The notes beneath the pieces were generated by a model that saw only the letters and a program-made list of their open reading frames with translations, was not told where the DNA came from and ran no database searches. Both the position numbers and the translations under genes were made by a program. From a virus (Duplodnaviria > Caudoviricetes), in IMG/VR virus record IMGVR_UViG_3300017565_000002, positions 1 through 64,000 of that record: a stretch of DNA of 64,000 nucleotides; one strand, 5' to 3'. Positions 26,789 to 36,026 of the stretch are shown piece by piece. Each line of letters begins with the position of its first letter. The first letter of the stretch is position 1.

Positions 26789-27164
26789 ACCGGATGGATA
26801 TTTCTATGCATCTAGACGGTCGTATGGTGTAAGTGGGATGGAACTACGTGGTCTTATGTCCATGATTCCATCCGGGTGTAGCTGTTTTCCGATATCGGTA
26901 ATCAGCGATGATGAAAGATCTTTTAATGTGTATGGGTTTATCGTATCCGAGGAAGGCGTATTTTTAGAAGAGGGTGATATAGAGAGTATTTCAGCCCAGC
27001 TTCTCAGAATAGCCAACGGGAAAGAGAGACATCCCGGACACATATACAAGATAACAGATAAGTTTAAGATATATATGAAACATCAGAAATTAACGGTTGC
27101 ACAATCTAGAAAAATGAGAAGAGAAGACGAAGCGAGGAAGGCTATGTTAGACCTTCCCCTCTGA
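26778..27164 (+). CDS. Hypothetical protein
   Basis: Start reassigned to ATG 26778 after SD AGGAGG. Confidence 0.65.
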   Translation: MKNKPDGYFYASRRSYGVSGMELRGLMSMIPSGCSCFPISVISDDERSFNVYGFIVSEEGVFLEEGDIESISAQLLRIANGKERHPGHIYKITDKFKIYMKHQKLTVAQSRKMRREDEARKAMLDLPL

Positions 27165-27197
27165 GTCCCTCTTCTTTTTTTATTAAAGGAGGAATTA

Positions 27198-28463
27198 GTG
27201 ATGAGCGACGTTCAACGAACTGCAAATATTTATAAATCTACAACATCGTTTAGCCACGTACTTGGCAACCTGACTGTCATTGTAGAGGATTATATCAAAG
27301 ACAATATGCCTGCCAACTTCTTTAAACAATCTCGGGCAACAACTGAAGTTGCATTCAAAGATATGGGCCGTCAGGGTTGGCGAAAGAATCTTATTGCCTT
27401 CGAACGTCCCTTTTTAATTATTGATCCAAAGTTTCTACCCAACGAAGAGTCCGAGGCGCTACCGCAACTCGCATGGGATCGCTTCTTACCTATTGACCAT
27501 AAAAACACACCAGAGTTCTATGCGATGAACTCTGAATTCTTCTTAAAGAATGAAGACCCGTTATTTTCACTTGGATATACATTCAATCGATATAAAATCG
27601 CATTTCGGATGGTTATGGTTGTCGATACCCAGATGATGAGATTATCTCTCGTCAACTATCTTCGGTCCAACTTCAGGTTTAGACACATGTTTCCCATCAC
27701 AAGGTATACCGAGACGCTTATACCATACGCTTATATTTCACATATTGCTAAGCAATTGAATATGGACATCAATTCGAATGATTTCATTAAGAAACTTAAC
27801 GAAATGTCTGTATTGCCAATCGTACGTTTATATCGTCCTGCTACTGGATATAGTGAATTTTTTGTATTAACCACATCGGTGATTCAGCTAAAGATTCCTG
27901 ACTATCCAACGGAAGATAAGACCATGAATGCGAGGGTAGAGGACTTTTCATCCGTAGAATTCACCATGGAAGCTGAAGTGAACGTGATGAATAACTTCCT
28001 GCTGATGACTACCGAGGATGTACCATCTAATCCTAATGACATGATCAACGAATACCTGATTCGGATATGTATTGAGTCTAGAACACCAGCGGTTGATCGT
28101 ATACGGAATGGTATGACACTATATACAAAGGTTGCCGTAGAGTTTGATAAAATACAAGAGGTAGTCGATATAAGACCGTTCTTAGGAAAGGATATCAACG
28201 AGGAAATTGACTATATTCAAGTCAATAATCTAACAGAACCCTACTATGAAATCGTGGTATATGAGTGGAGAAATCTATTGGATATGAGTGATCCGGATAT
28301 CATTGAACTTGATCCGGATACATTCGAACTCAAATTCAAGCAAGCCAAGATCGAAACGGTCTATACAATATTCATTTACTTTGACATGTCCTATATGGCA
28401 ATGATAGCGAAGTATATCAACGCCGATACAATACCTTGGACTGCCCCTCAACCCAAATTATAA
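27198..28463 (+). CDS. Putative virion structural protein
   Basis: 421-aa ORF, GTG start, SD AAGGAGG; composition and context typical of jumbo-phage structural genes; no catalytic motif seen. Confidence 0.5.
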   Translation: MMSDVQRTANIYKSTTSFSHVLGNLTVIVEDYIKDNMPANFFKQSRATTEVAFKDMGRQGWRKNLIAFERPFLIIDPKFLPNEESEALPQLAWDRFLPIDHKNTPEFYAMNSEFFLKNEDPLFSLGYTFNRYKIAFRMVMVVDTQMMRLSLVNYLRSNFRFRHMFPITRYTETLIPYAYISHIAKQLNMDINSNDFIKKLNEMSVLPIVRLYRPATGYSEFFVLTTSVIQLKIPDYPTEDKTMNARVEDFSSVEFTMEAEVNVMNNFLLMTTEDVPSNPNDMINEYLIRICIESRTPAVDRIRNGMTLYTKVAVEFDKIQEVVDIRPFLGKDINEEIDYIQVNNLTEPYYEIVVYEWRNLLDMSDPDIIELDPDTFELKFKQAKIETVYTIFIYFDMSYMAMIAKYINADTIPWTAPQPKL

Positions 28464-28469
28464 AAAAAA

Positions 28470-28494
28470 GCATAGGAGAGAATCTCTCCTATGC
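28470..28494. terminator. Bidirectional terminator
   Basis: gcataggagag/ctctcctatgc stem with A-run and T-rich flanks between convergent genes. Confidence 0.8.
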
Positions 28495-28869
28495 CTCTTC
28501 TTTCTCTTCAGGTTTAAGAATACCCAGATCGATAAGTTTATTTTCAATAAACTGTACAACCTTTTCAATCGGAATAGTCCCAATAAGCTGCTTCTCGGAA
28601 TCGGTGAATATTTCCGTATCATTGATATAACCGATTACGATTCGGGCAATTTCTGCTCTGACACCCTGCCGCCCCTCTTTCTTTTCTATCTCAGAAAGAT
28701 TACTGGCGTTTAGCAACACTTCGACAAGTCTATCACGAACCTGACTGAGAAGATCATGTTCATTGATATCTTCCCCTCTTGCCTTAGCCATGAACCAACG
28801 AACAGTTGCACCAGCGACTGCCAGAACGGCAAGTACAATTAGCCAAAATTCATATTGCTGAAGCATCAA
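28489..28869 (-). CDS. Membrane-anchored small protein (possible holin-like)
   Basis: N-terminal TM helix, own late promoter. Confidence 0.5.
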   Translation of the reverse strand: MMLQQYEFWLIVLAVLAVAGATVRWFMAKARGEDINEHDLLSQVRDRLVEVLLNASNLSEIEKKEGRQGVRAEIARIVIGYINDTEIFTDSEKQLIGTIPIEKVVQFIENKLIDLGILKPEEKEEA

Positions 28870-28886
28870 ATCACCTCCAGATAATT

Positions 28887-28898
28887 TAATTGATTGTT
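28887..28898 (-). promoter_or_regulatory. Late-type promoter AACA-N6-TA
   Basis: AACAatcaatTA. Confidence 0.65.
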
Positions 28899-28918
28899 TT
28901 CTATACTTCCTCTAATAG

Positions 28919-28929
28919 TTATATATTAT
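28919..28929 (+). promoter_or_regulatory. Early-type promoter TTATATATTAT
   Basis: Upstream of ppk1. Confidence 0.65.
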
Positions 28930-28970
28930 GGAACTGAATATGGGGTTCTACTTAATAGGAGGTATGTAAA

Positions 28971-31367
28971 TTGATGAATGAAAATCCACAAGAACTGAAC
29001 ACCACTGATACCACTCTGGAATTGGAAACGAAGAAAATTGATCTATCTGCCGTTGATGAGGTTGTGCATCTGGCATCATTAACCTTGCCCAACGGAGACA
29101 TTGTAGTTGGAGAATTCGGCGTAACCACCAACGCCGGTAATAATATACCGTTAATGGCGTATACGGAAGAAATGGCCAAGAAGGTCACGGAAAAGTCGAG
29201 AGAAATTATAGAGAATACTCGCAGCATTCTGAAAAATCGAGAGTTTGAAGATTTCGACGATATGGATGAAGATGATGACCGGATGTACCATGCAGAAGAC
29301 GATATGGTACAAGAGGAAGATGTGGTACAAACGATAAACTTCCCATACGTTGATCGAGAGATCTCTTGGTTGAAATTTAATCGCCGGGTGTTAGATCTCG
29401 CAGCGACGGAGAATAATCCGCTGCTGGAACGAGTCAAATTCCTTTCGATTACAAGCTCCAATCTCGATGAATTCTTCGCGATTCGAGTAGCGTCGCGTAT
29501 CAAAGAGGATGAGAATACTGAATTCAACTTGGTAGGAACCAATAAGTCGATTGTAAATCGCATCGTAAGAGACTGTGCTGAAATGCATAAAGATATGGAT
29601 GATGTATATTTCACACTGATAGATAAGCTAAAAGAAAAGGATATCGCTATACTGGATAACTTCGATAAAAACAAGGTCAAGAAGTATTTCCGGTATGACG
29701 TCAAACCTTCATTAGCTCCTCTTGCATTGGATGCGACTCGACCACTACCGCAGCTTAAACCATTTTCAATCTACATCGCGCTGTTTGTACAAGCACCGGA
29801 TGGCAATGAACGGTTTGGGTTGATTGAGGTTCCTGCTCATTTAGATCGTGTGGTCAACGTCGGTAAACGCCCATCGAAATCAAAAAAGTCTCAATGGCTA
29901 TTCATTGAGGATATTATCATTGCGAATATTCATGATCTCTATCCCGGTGCTAAATGTGAGAATGTTACGGCATTTCGGGTTATTCGTGATGGTGATACAG
30001 TCATTGCACAGGATGAGAAAAGCTATGTAAAATCAATGGCACTCCATGCAAGGAATCGGTTGTTGCACAATACACCGGTTCGATTGGATGTATGGGAAAA
30101 CGCTGACGATCGAATCATTGAGAAGATTCAGTCTGAACTCGATATCAAAGGTAAATCTATCTTCCGTATCCGTTCCAGGTTGAAACTCTCTGATATCATC
30201 CAGTTGTATAAAGCCAGTGATGATCCAGAAATGAAATATCCGCCATTCAAACCGGCCGATCCTATCCTGTCTGATCGTCCGATTATGAAGGAGTTGAACC
30301 ATAGAGATATTATGGTTCATCATCCGTATGAAAGTTTCTCGGATTCGGTTCTCCGATTCATCAGGGAAGCTTGTGAAGATCCTCATGTCATTTCGATCAA
30401 ACAAACACTCTACCGATCCGGTGAGGATTCCAAAATCGCTCGGTATCTTATTCGTGCCGCACAGTCGGGTAAGAATGTCACAGTGGTTATGGAGTTGAAA
30501 GCCAGATTCGACGAAGAGACAAATATCGAATGGGCTGAGAAGCTGAAGCAAGCTGGTGCGGTGGTTGTATATGGTTATGAGCATCTGAAGACGCATGCGA
30601 AAATGGTGCATGTATTCCGTAAAGATGCAAAGGGTGCGGCCCAGTATTGCCATATCGGCACTGGAAACTACAGTGAGAAAAATTCCAAGATCTATACCGA
30701 TTTCAGCTACTTCACGTCGAACAAGAAAACCTGTTCGGACATCAATAACGTATTCAATATGCTTACAGGTGGGATGATTTCTGATCAAATCAAATTCCAC
30801 AGTCTGTATATTGCACCGTTAGAGATTCGTCCGATGCTGAATAGTCTTATCGACGAGGAAATGACCAAAGGTAGTGATGGATATATTTCCATGAAGGTGA
30901 ATAATCTCTCTGATGTGGATTTTGTCAAGAGATTATACGATGCTTCTCAAGCCGGGGTTAAAATCGACATCATATGCCGTGGGTCTTGTTCGCTGATTCC
31001 CGGAATTCCGGGAATTAGTGATACGATCACAGTCAACTCGATCGTAGGTAGATTCCTTGAGCATAGCCGCGTGTTTGTATTTGGCAAACAAGGATCAAAC
31101 GGAATACCACCTCGGGTGTTTATCACATCGGCAGATATGATGACTCGAAATTTGGATAGACGCATTGAACTATTACTGGAGATTGAGAATCCGTCTATCC
31201 GGAAAATGCTGATTAACTACATGGATATGATGCATCAGGATAAAGTAAACTCGTACTCGATGATGCCAGACTTTAACCACGAGACTTCGATATTTGATGA
31301 TGCATACTATATCAAAAACAGTGGTGAATTCGATGCACAAGATGCATTGATCTCCGCCTATCGGTAA
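28971..31367 (+). CDS. ppk1: Polyphosphate kinase 1 with acidic N-terminal extension
   Basis: REISWLKFNRRVL, ERVKFLSITSSNLDEFF, HHPYESF, IKQTLYR, ELKARFDEE, KTHAKM, HIGTGNY, GRFLEHSR, SADMMTRNLDRRIE. Confidence 0.95.
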   Translation: MMNENPQELNTTDTTLELETKKIDLSAVDEVVHLASLTLPNGDIVVGEFGVTTNAGNNIPLMAYTEEMAKKVTEKSREIIENTRSILKNREFEDFDDMDEDDDRMYHAEDDMVQEEDVVQTINFPYVDREISWLKFNRRVLDLAATENNPLLERVKFLSITSSNLDEFFAIRVASRIKEDENTEFNLVGTNKSIVNRIVRDCAEMHKDMDDVYFTLIDKLKEKDIAILDNFDKNKVKKYFRYDVKPSLAPLALDATRPLPQLKPFSIYIALFVQAPDGNERFGLIEVPAHLDRVVNVGKRPSKSKKSQWLFIEDIIIANIHDLYPGAKCENVTAFRVIRDGDTVIAQDEKSYVKSMALHARNRLLHNTPVRLDVWENADDRIIEKIQSELDIKGKSIFRIRSRLKLSDIIQLYKASDDPEMKYPPFKPADPILSDRPIMKELNHRDIMVHHPYESFSDSVLRFIREACEDPHVISIKQTLYRSGEDSKIARYLIRAAQSGKNVTVVMELKARFDEETNIEWAEKLKQAGAVVVYGYEHLKTHAKMVHVFRKDAKGAAQYCHIGTGNYSEKNSKIYTDFSYFTSNKKTCSDINNVFNMLTGGMISDQIKFHSLYIAPLEIRPMLNSLIDEEMTKGSDGYISMKVNNLSDVDFVKRLYDASQAGVKIDIICRGSCSLIPGIPGISDTITVNSIVGRFLEHSRVFVFGKQGSNGIPPRVFITSADMMTRNLDRRIELLLEIENPSIRKMLINYMDMMHQDKVNSYSMMPDFNHETSIFDDAYYIKNSGEFDAQDALISAYR

Positions 31368-31405
31368 AGACGATTTCTCCAAGCCGTCAATTTAACACAT
31401 TCGGG

Positions 31406-31416
31406 TTATATATCAT
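31406..31416 (+). promoter_or_regulatory. Early-type promoter TTATATATCAT
   Basis: Between ppk1 and the 37-aa ORF. Confidence 0.6.
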
Positions 31417-31451
31417 ATAAGTGTAATGACACAAATTTAAAGGATGTGTTA

Positions 31452-31565
31452 ATGATGACGAGAGTTAAATCGCGTTTTGGAGATTTTGATCATATTACCC
31501 ATGGTGGACGTTCTTCATCGGATGTAGATACTGACGACGATGACGACGACACAGAAGAAGAATAG
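31452..31565 (+). CDS. 37-aa acidic-tailed micropeptide
   Basis: Not in ORF track. MMTRVKSRFGDFDHITHGGRSSSDVDTDDDDDDTEEE; SD AAGGA, own promoter and terminator. Confidence 0.6.
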   Translation: MMTRVKSRFGDFDHITHGGRSSSDVDTDDDDDDTEEE

Positions 31566-31580
31566 GGAGATTTCTCCCTA
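31563..31580. terminator. Bidirectional terminator
   Basis: tagggag/ctcccta stem followed by T10. Confidence 0.75.
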
Positions 31581-31591
31581 TTCTTTTTTTT

Positions 31592-32533
31592 TTATGAATA
31601 ATTTGCCTTATACATATATGAATCACCGATGGTTGTAGTCAGTGTGAAGTCTGAAATCTTCAATACCGCAGTATTGGTTACCGGGTTCCATGAATCAATC
31701 ACCCCACCAAAGAATCCAATCATACTTAGCGGGATGTAAAAATCGCCAGTTTCATTGATTTGTATTGGGGCTGTATCCATGAATTTAATTTGCCTATTGT
31801 AATCAATATACTGCGTGGTACCATGGAAGAACGACCATTTCTTCCTGTTGAACTCGATGGAAAATGATTTCTCTTCAATGCTATACTGAGAGATCGTTCC
31901 GCCAATGGTGTCCAACAAAGGACGTGCACTGATATAGAATGTAGATGAAACGAAAATCGGCACATGATCCATCTCAATGGTTTCATATGGCTTACCATTG
32001 ATTAACTGATCTAACCGATACTCGATCTTCGATATCAATAGATTCCAAGAGGCATTATCATGCTCACGCAGCACCCGTGGACAATTCTTACCTGTCCAGT
32101 GGAAATGCTGCTTAACTCTGGAGATATCATAGTCTTTGAAATATAGGAGATGTGCAATAAGTTCAGCTGTGTTATGAATGATGTATTGGGGATTCAGTTG
32201 TGTACATAGTTCAATCTGAATACTCTTTTGATCTCCATCGCCAGTTTCACCATCACCACAAGCTCGAACAGTTTCGTTCAATGGAACTGCCTCTATTGCA
32301 CAATCTCTATCCACCACAATATGAAATCCATTCACCGAGGTATTCAACGGATCATTGAGAGAATCGATCTCTTCTTGACCCGTTGAATTATACCGAAGTG
32401 TATTATGCACTGTAATATATTCCCAATCCATAGAAGAATTAGAAGACCGCTTCGGTGATGAAGTAGGGAGGTGGATAATCTTATAGTCGAACGGTAAAAG
32501 CACTTGCAGATCAGGATAAAGAATTGTGCTCAT
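31592..32533 (-). CDS. N-acetylmuramoyl-L-alanine amidase (Amidase_2) with C-terminal copper-amine-oxidase-like stalk domain
   Basis: ITVHNT, FHIVVD, SIQIELC, VKQHFHWTGKNCP (Zn ligands H, H, C and catalytic E present); FYISARPLLDTIGG. Confidence 0.8.
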   Translation of the reverse strand: MSTILYPDLQVLLPFDYKIIHLPTSSPKRSSNSSMDWEYITVHNTLRYNSTGQEEIDSLNDPLNTSVNGFHIVVDRDCAIEAVPLNETVRACGDGETGDGDQKSIQIELCTQLNPQYIIHNTAELIAHLLYFKDYDISRVKQHFHWTGKNCPRVLREHDNASWNLLISKIEYRLDQLINGKPYETIEMDHVPIFVSSTFYISARPLLDTIGGTISQYSIEEKSFSIEFNRKKWSFFHGTTQYIDYNRQIKFMDTAPIQINETGDFYIPLSMIGFFGGVIDSWNPVTNTAVLKISDFTLTTTIGDSYMYKANYS

Positions 32534-32545
32534 TATTCTCAGCTC

Positions 32546-32893
32546 CTATTTCTTGCTACGTATAAATTCCAAAAAATCTGTTATGAATCTTTTAATTCCT
32601 CCAATCGTTATCAGCTTCTGGGTCAGCTCAACTGACACCAACCCAGAAACCAGACATACACCGAGAAATGATTTTCCCGGAAAGTAACGGAAGATATATT
32701 CTGAAGCCGCGAATAGTAAGATAGCTACAACCAAAGCTGATGAGTATACCATTCGGAGGCTGATTTTCTTTCGTGATGATCTTCCGCTGAAAATATCCTT
32801 GGAGAACGCTCCAAGTAGAGTGATGGATAAGATTACGAAAAATAGAGAGATATCATTCGTTAGGAATGACTCTATTTGGAAATTCTCCTTCAT
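32546..32893 (-). CDS. Small three-TM membrane protein (holin-like candidate)
   Basis: Three hydrophobic segments and a basic C-terminus, within the cell-wall-hydrolase block. Confidence 0.5.
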   Translation of the reverse strand: MKENFQIESFLTNDISLFFVILSITLLGAFSKDIFSGRSSRKKISLRMVYSSALVVAILLFAASEYIFRYFPGKSFLGVCLVSGLVSVELTQKLITIGGIKRFITDFLEFIRSKK

Positions 32894-33007
32894 TTGGTTT
32901 ATGCCTCCTCCGCACCTCCACGGTTCGAGTTATTTCTCTCTACCCAATACAAGTATGATAACAGGGTCTCGATCACGGGATACCGGAAAGGAGTTCGTTG
33001 ATGAGGG

Positions 33008-34039
33008 TTAGTTCATAGGTGTCGAGTTGTCATCCACGTACTTCCTTCTCGCTCTTGTGGCAAATTGGACTAGTAGAATAATAGAGAAGAACCCTATGAA
33101 TAGTAGAATCTGCTGCATACGTGAGACGCTTACAAACTCCGTTATGCTTAGTTTTCTATTTTCATTTATGCCACTGTAGATCGATTCCAATAGACCGGAT
33201 TTTTGTATGATTTCATATACATTAAAGCCTTGTACTAAAATTAATTGATGGATATCCTGTCTTCTCCCCCGGTCGTCTACCAGTTGATTACCCAACAAGT
33301 CACGATCAAAGAAAATGTAACGAGGAACGAGGAATTCATAGCTTTCTAATGATGCCAGATTTCCGTTATTCTTTTCAAACACCGTCTTTAAATTTGATAA
33401 GCTCATAATCTCAATCTGTTCTTGCGTCGTCAACGTCGGGTTAAAAAACTGCCAAAAGATAATGGGATCTACAGCTTTCCGACTTTGATTAATGATGGCG
33501 TAGAATGCTTGTCTTGCTAGATTTGCATTATAGTGTGATTGTGCTTCCATTTCTAGTGATCTTGGACGGTCGGGAGAACTGGAAGCTAATGATGGATCAG
33601 TTATGACACCATCTTTTTTTGTCATAACAAAAATATCATTGCTGTCAGATTTAATGTCGTACATATACTTGCCCTGAATTTGTCCTGCTAAAATGTGGAT
33701 AAGCGGATTGTCATACTCTACGTTAGAGAAGTTCTGTAGATCGTAAGTCAGACGATCAATATTCTCACCATATGATTTATCAATAGCAGATACAACGGAT
33801 GGGATAACTTCCTCGTCTAACTTCACACCGGCTTTGTAGATCGTGTCTTTAATGATCACTTCAATTGTGTTCCACTCTGCGGTTTGTATTGCAGTTATCC
33901 GATCAATCTGTCTACTTTCTGCATCTAATCTGGCTACATATATGACAGATTGACAGATGGCTAGTAAGAAAGCCGCTACTAACACGGAAATACCAAACAT
34001 CCATAGTCTGTCTTTTATATGCCTCCTAATGAAGAACAT
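33008..34039 (-). CDS. Two-TM membrane protein with a large extracytoplasmic domain
   Basis: TMs at both ends. Start reassigned to MFFIRRH (34039) after SD GGAGGAA and the late promoter at 34072-34083. Confidence 0.7.
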   Translation of the reverse strand: MFFIRRHIKDRLWMFGISVLVAAFLLAICQSVIYVARLDAESRQIDRITAIQTAEWNTIEVIIKDTIYKAGVKLDEEVIPSVVSAIDKSYGENIDRLTYDLQNFSNVEYDNPLIHILAGQIQGKYMYDIKSDSNDIFVMTKKDGVITDPSLASSSPDRPRSLEMEAQSHYNANLARQAFYAIINQSRKAVDPIIFWQFFNPTLTTQEQIEIMSLSNLKTVFEKNNGNLASLESYEFLVPRYIFFDRDLLGNQLVDDRGRRQDIHQLILVQGFNVYEIIQKSGLLESIYSGINENRKLSITEFVSVSRMQQILLFIGFFSIILLVQFATRARRKYVDDNSTPMN

Positions 34040-34071
34040 TTTTAATTTTCCTCCTTCGTCCCATCGCTTAT

Positions 34072-34083
34072 TAATGAGATGTT
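34072..34083 (-). promoter_or_regulatory. Late-type promoter AACA-N6-TA
   Basis: AACAtctcatTA. Confidence 0.65.
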
Positions 34084-34116
34084 TCAATCTGTCGCAACGA
34101 AGGAAAAGACACCTCG

Positions 34117-35088
34117 TTATTTCGAGGTGTCTGTATCCAGATAAGCAATCTTATTTTCCCAACGAATCTTGCCCTTTAGTGCGTTACCCGCGGAACGAAG
34201 CCCGATGTAGACGTGTCCGTTAATGACAACGGCTTCATCTATCTCAATTCCATTTACAATTGCTCGACCTGTACCCTGAATTTTCAATGTGCTTGGAAGA
34301 GAGTCTTGGGTAAGTTTATCCGTATTAAGTTGTAGACCAATTGCGTGGGATACCGCTCGTTCTGCAATGCCTGATCGCGTATCACAGATGTGTGGATTAG
34401 CATTCATACCTAGCAACGTTCTTACATTCGGCTCAGTTGCATATATGGTTGAACTCCCACCGCCATCTAAATTAATCCCTTTTTGGCAACCAAGCGCTTG
34501 CAATACTCGTGCACAATCATCTGCCGTTAATCCATAGTCATTACTACCCCGTCCATCGACAAAGGCAACCGTTACTAGTTGGGTATCCTTGTTAATCCCT
34601 ACAAGCGTTCGGGGTTGGAGGTATAATGCGATATCATCCGGGATCTTACCTTTAGAAATGGATTCCATCGTAACGTTTTTCCCGTTATCCAATAATAATG
34701 GACCTACACAAATAGAAAATCCAACACCATCAAGGGAATCGACATGACCAATATCAAATCTCCCATCTTTATAGAAGAGATGTGGTCGGTCTTTTGTCTT
34801 GTCACTGTCGCCGAAAAGGATTTGTCCATTTTTAATCGTTTTACCAAGGATCGTTGCATCGCTTACATACGACCCATTAAACCAAAAGTTGTACGTTGGA
34901 AATTTCTTTGCGATAGATGATACGGTACCATTTTTACTGTACTCATAGGTAGCAGATTGGATTGCAATAAAGGGAATTTGCAAATAATGAATCGTCGACC
35001 AACGGTTAGCCTTACTGTAGCTGGAGACATTGGTAGCACCAAATTCGGCGACACCATTATTAATTCTCACACGACGGGTGGTTATCAT
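34117..35088 (-). CDS. Phosphodiester glycosidase (NAGPA/DUF2233) family protein
   Basis: GPLLL, PRTLVGI, VDGRG, GINLDGGGSST, RAVSHAI; short stalk-like C-terminus. Confidence 0.85.
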   Translation of the reverse strand: MITTRRVRINNGVAEFGATNVSSYSKANRWSTIHYLQIPFIAIQSATYEYSKNGTVSSIAKKFPTYNFWFNGSYVSDATILGKTIKNGQILFGDSDKTKDRPHLFYKDGRFDIGHVDSLDGVGFSICVGPLLLDNGKNVTMESISKGKIPDDIALYLQPRTLVGINKDTQLVTVAFVDGRGSNDYGLTADDCARVLQALGCQKGINLDGGGSSTIYATEPNVRTLLGMNANPHICDTRSGIAERAVSHAIGLQLNTDKLTQDSLPSTLKIQGTGRAIVNGIEIDEAVVINGHVYIGLRSAGNALKGKIRWENKIAYLDTDTSK

Positions 35089-35145
35089 TGTTTATCCCTC
35101 CTAAGATATAAAAAGGAGTGAGAGAAACCTCCCACTCCTTTTGAC

Positions 35146-35970
35146 TTACTTCATTTTCTTCAGAATAGAGGCCGTTATTACAGCCATCTCAGCACGGGTG
35201 ACAGTTCCAGTAGGATTGAACGTGCCATCGGGCAATCCATTCATGATACCGGCGTCATTTACCGTTTTAATTGCGGATTCAGCCCAATGACCAGCCTTTA
35301 CATCCGGGAATTTAGTCAATGGTTGTTTTGTAGGTTCACTCACGACGATCTCCTCCTTAATATAAGGTTTATTGAATGATATACAAATACCTTTTGCAAT
35401 AGCCGAAGCACAGAGTCTACGATAATTATCGGAAAGAAGAAGTCTTGCCTCCTTGTCATTATCCATGAATCCGCACTCGACCAATACAACCGGAATATTC
35501 TTGGTATAGGTACTTTTAACAAGACCCAACCAAGATCCATCTTTCATACCCCGATCCCTCAAACCAGTTGCTTTGACCAGCTCAGCCTGAACGATCTTTC
35601 CGATTCTCAGACTTTCTCCGACACCGGAAGTTAATGTTTCAATCCCATTCGCACTGTTCCAAGTCCCAGTCAAGGCGTTTGCATGTACTGATAGAAGCAA
35701 ATCGACCTTTGCGTTATACGCGTTGAGACAACGGGAATTGATACTGGTGTCTTCTTCAGTTGGGGATAATTCAACTGGTGTTATCCCGCAGCGACTCAAT
35801 TCCTTGACAAGATACATGACTACAGCTCGGTTAAATTCCCATTCATGCATGAATGGTTCGCCCGTATATGAGGATACTGTTCCATCCTTGAATTCAGGCG
35901 TTCGTTTTCCGGCAGTCCATAGACCATGTCCGTTGTCTGTACCAACTTTATACTCAGTTTTAACTACCAT
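35146..35970 (-). CDS. N-acetylmuramoyl-L-alanine amidase (Amidase_3) with C-terminal SLH domain (endolysin candidate)
   Basis: DNGHG, HEWEFN, LSVHANA, LVECGFMDN; FPDVKAGHWA...IMNGLPDGTFNPTGTVTRAEMA. Confidence 0.9.
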   Translation of the reverse strand: MVVKTEYKVGTDNGHGLWTAGKRTPEFKDGTVSSYTGEPFMHEWEFNRAVVMYLVKELSRCGITPVELSPTEEDTSINSRCLNAYNAKVDLLLSVHANALTGTWNSANGIETLTSGVGESLRIGKIVQAELVKATGLRDRGMKDGSWLGLVKSTYTKNIPVVLVECGFMDNDKEARLLLSDNYRRLCASAIAKGICISFNKPYIKEEIVVSEPTKQPLTKFPDVKAGHWAESAIKTVNDAGIMNGLPDGTFNPTGTVTRAEMAVITASILKKMK

Positions 35971-35984
35971 TGTATCTCCTCCTT

Positions 35985-35996
35985 CAACAAGTTGTT
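35985..35996 (-). promoter_or_regulatory. Late-type promoter variant AACA-N6-TG
   Basis: AACAacttgtTG directly above the SD of the amidase gene. Confidence 0.5.
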
Positions 35997-36026
35997 ATGA
36001 CTTCTTACTCTTGTATAGTTAGTGAA

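Noticed and set aside
28952-29704. 250-aa minus-strand ORF
   Set aside because: Antisense shadow of ppk1; Ser-rich, no SD or motif
32894-33007. Possible 25-aa ORF between the two membrane genes
   Set aside because: No SD and no distinguishing features
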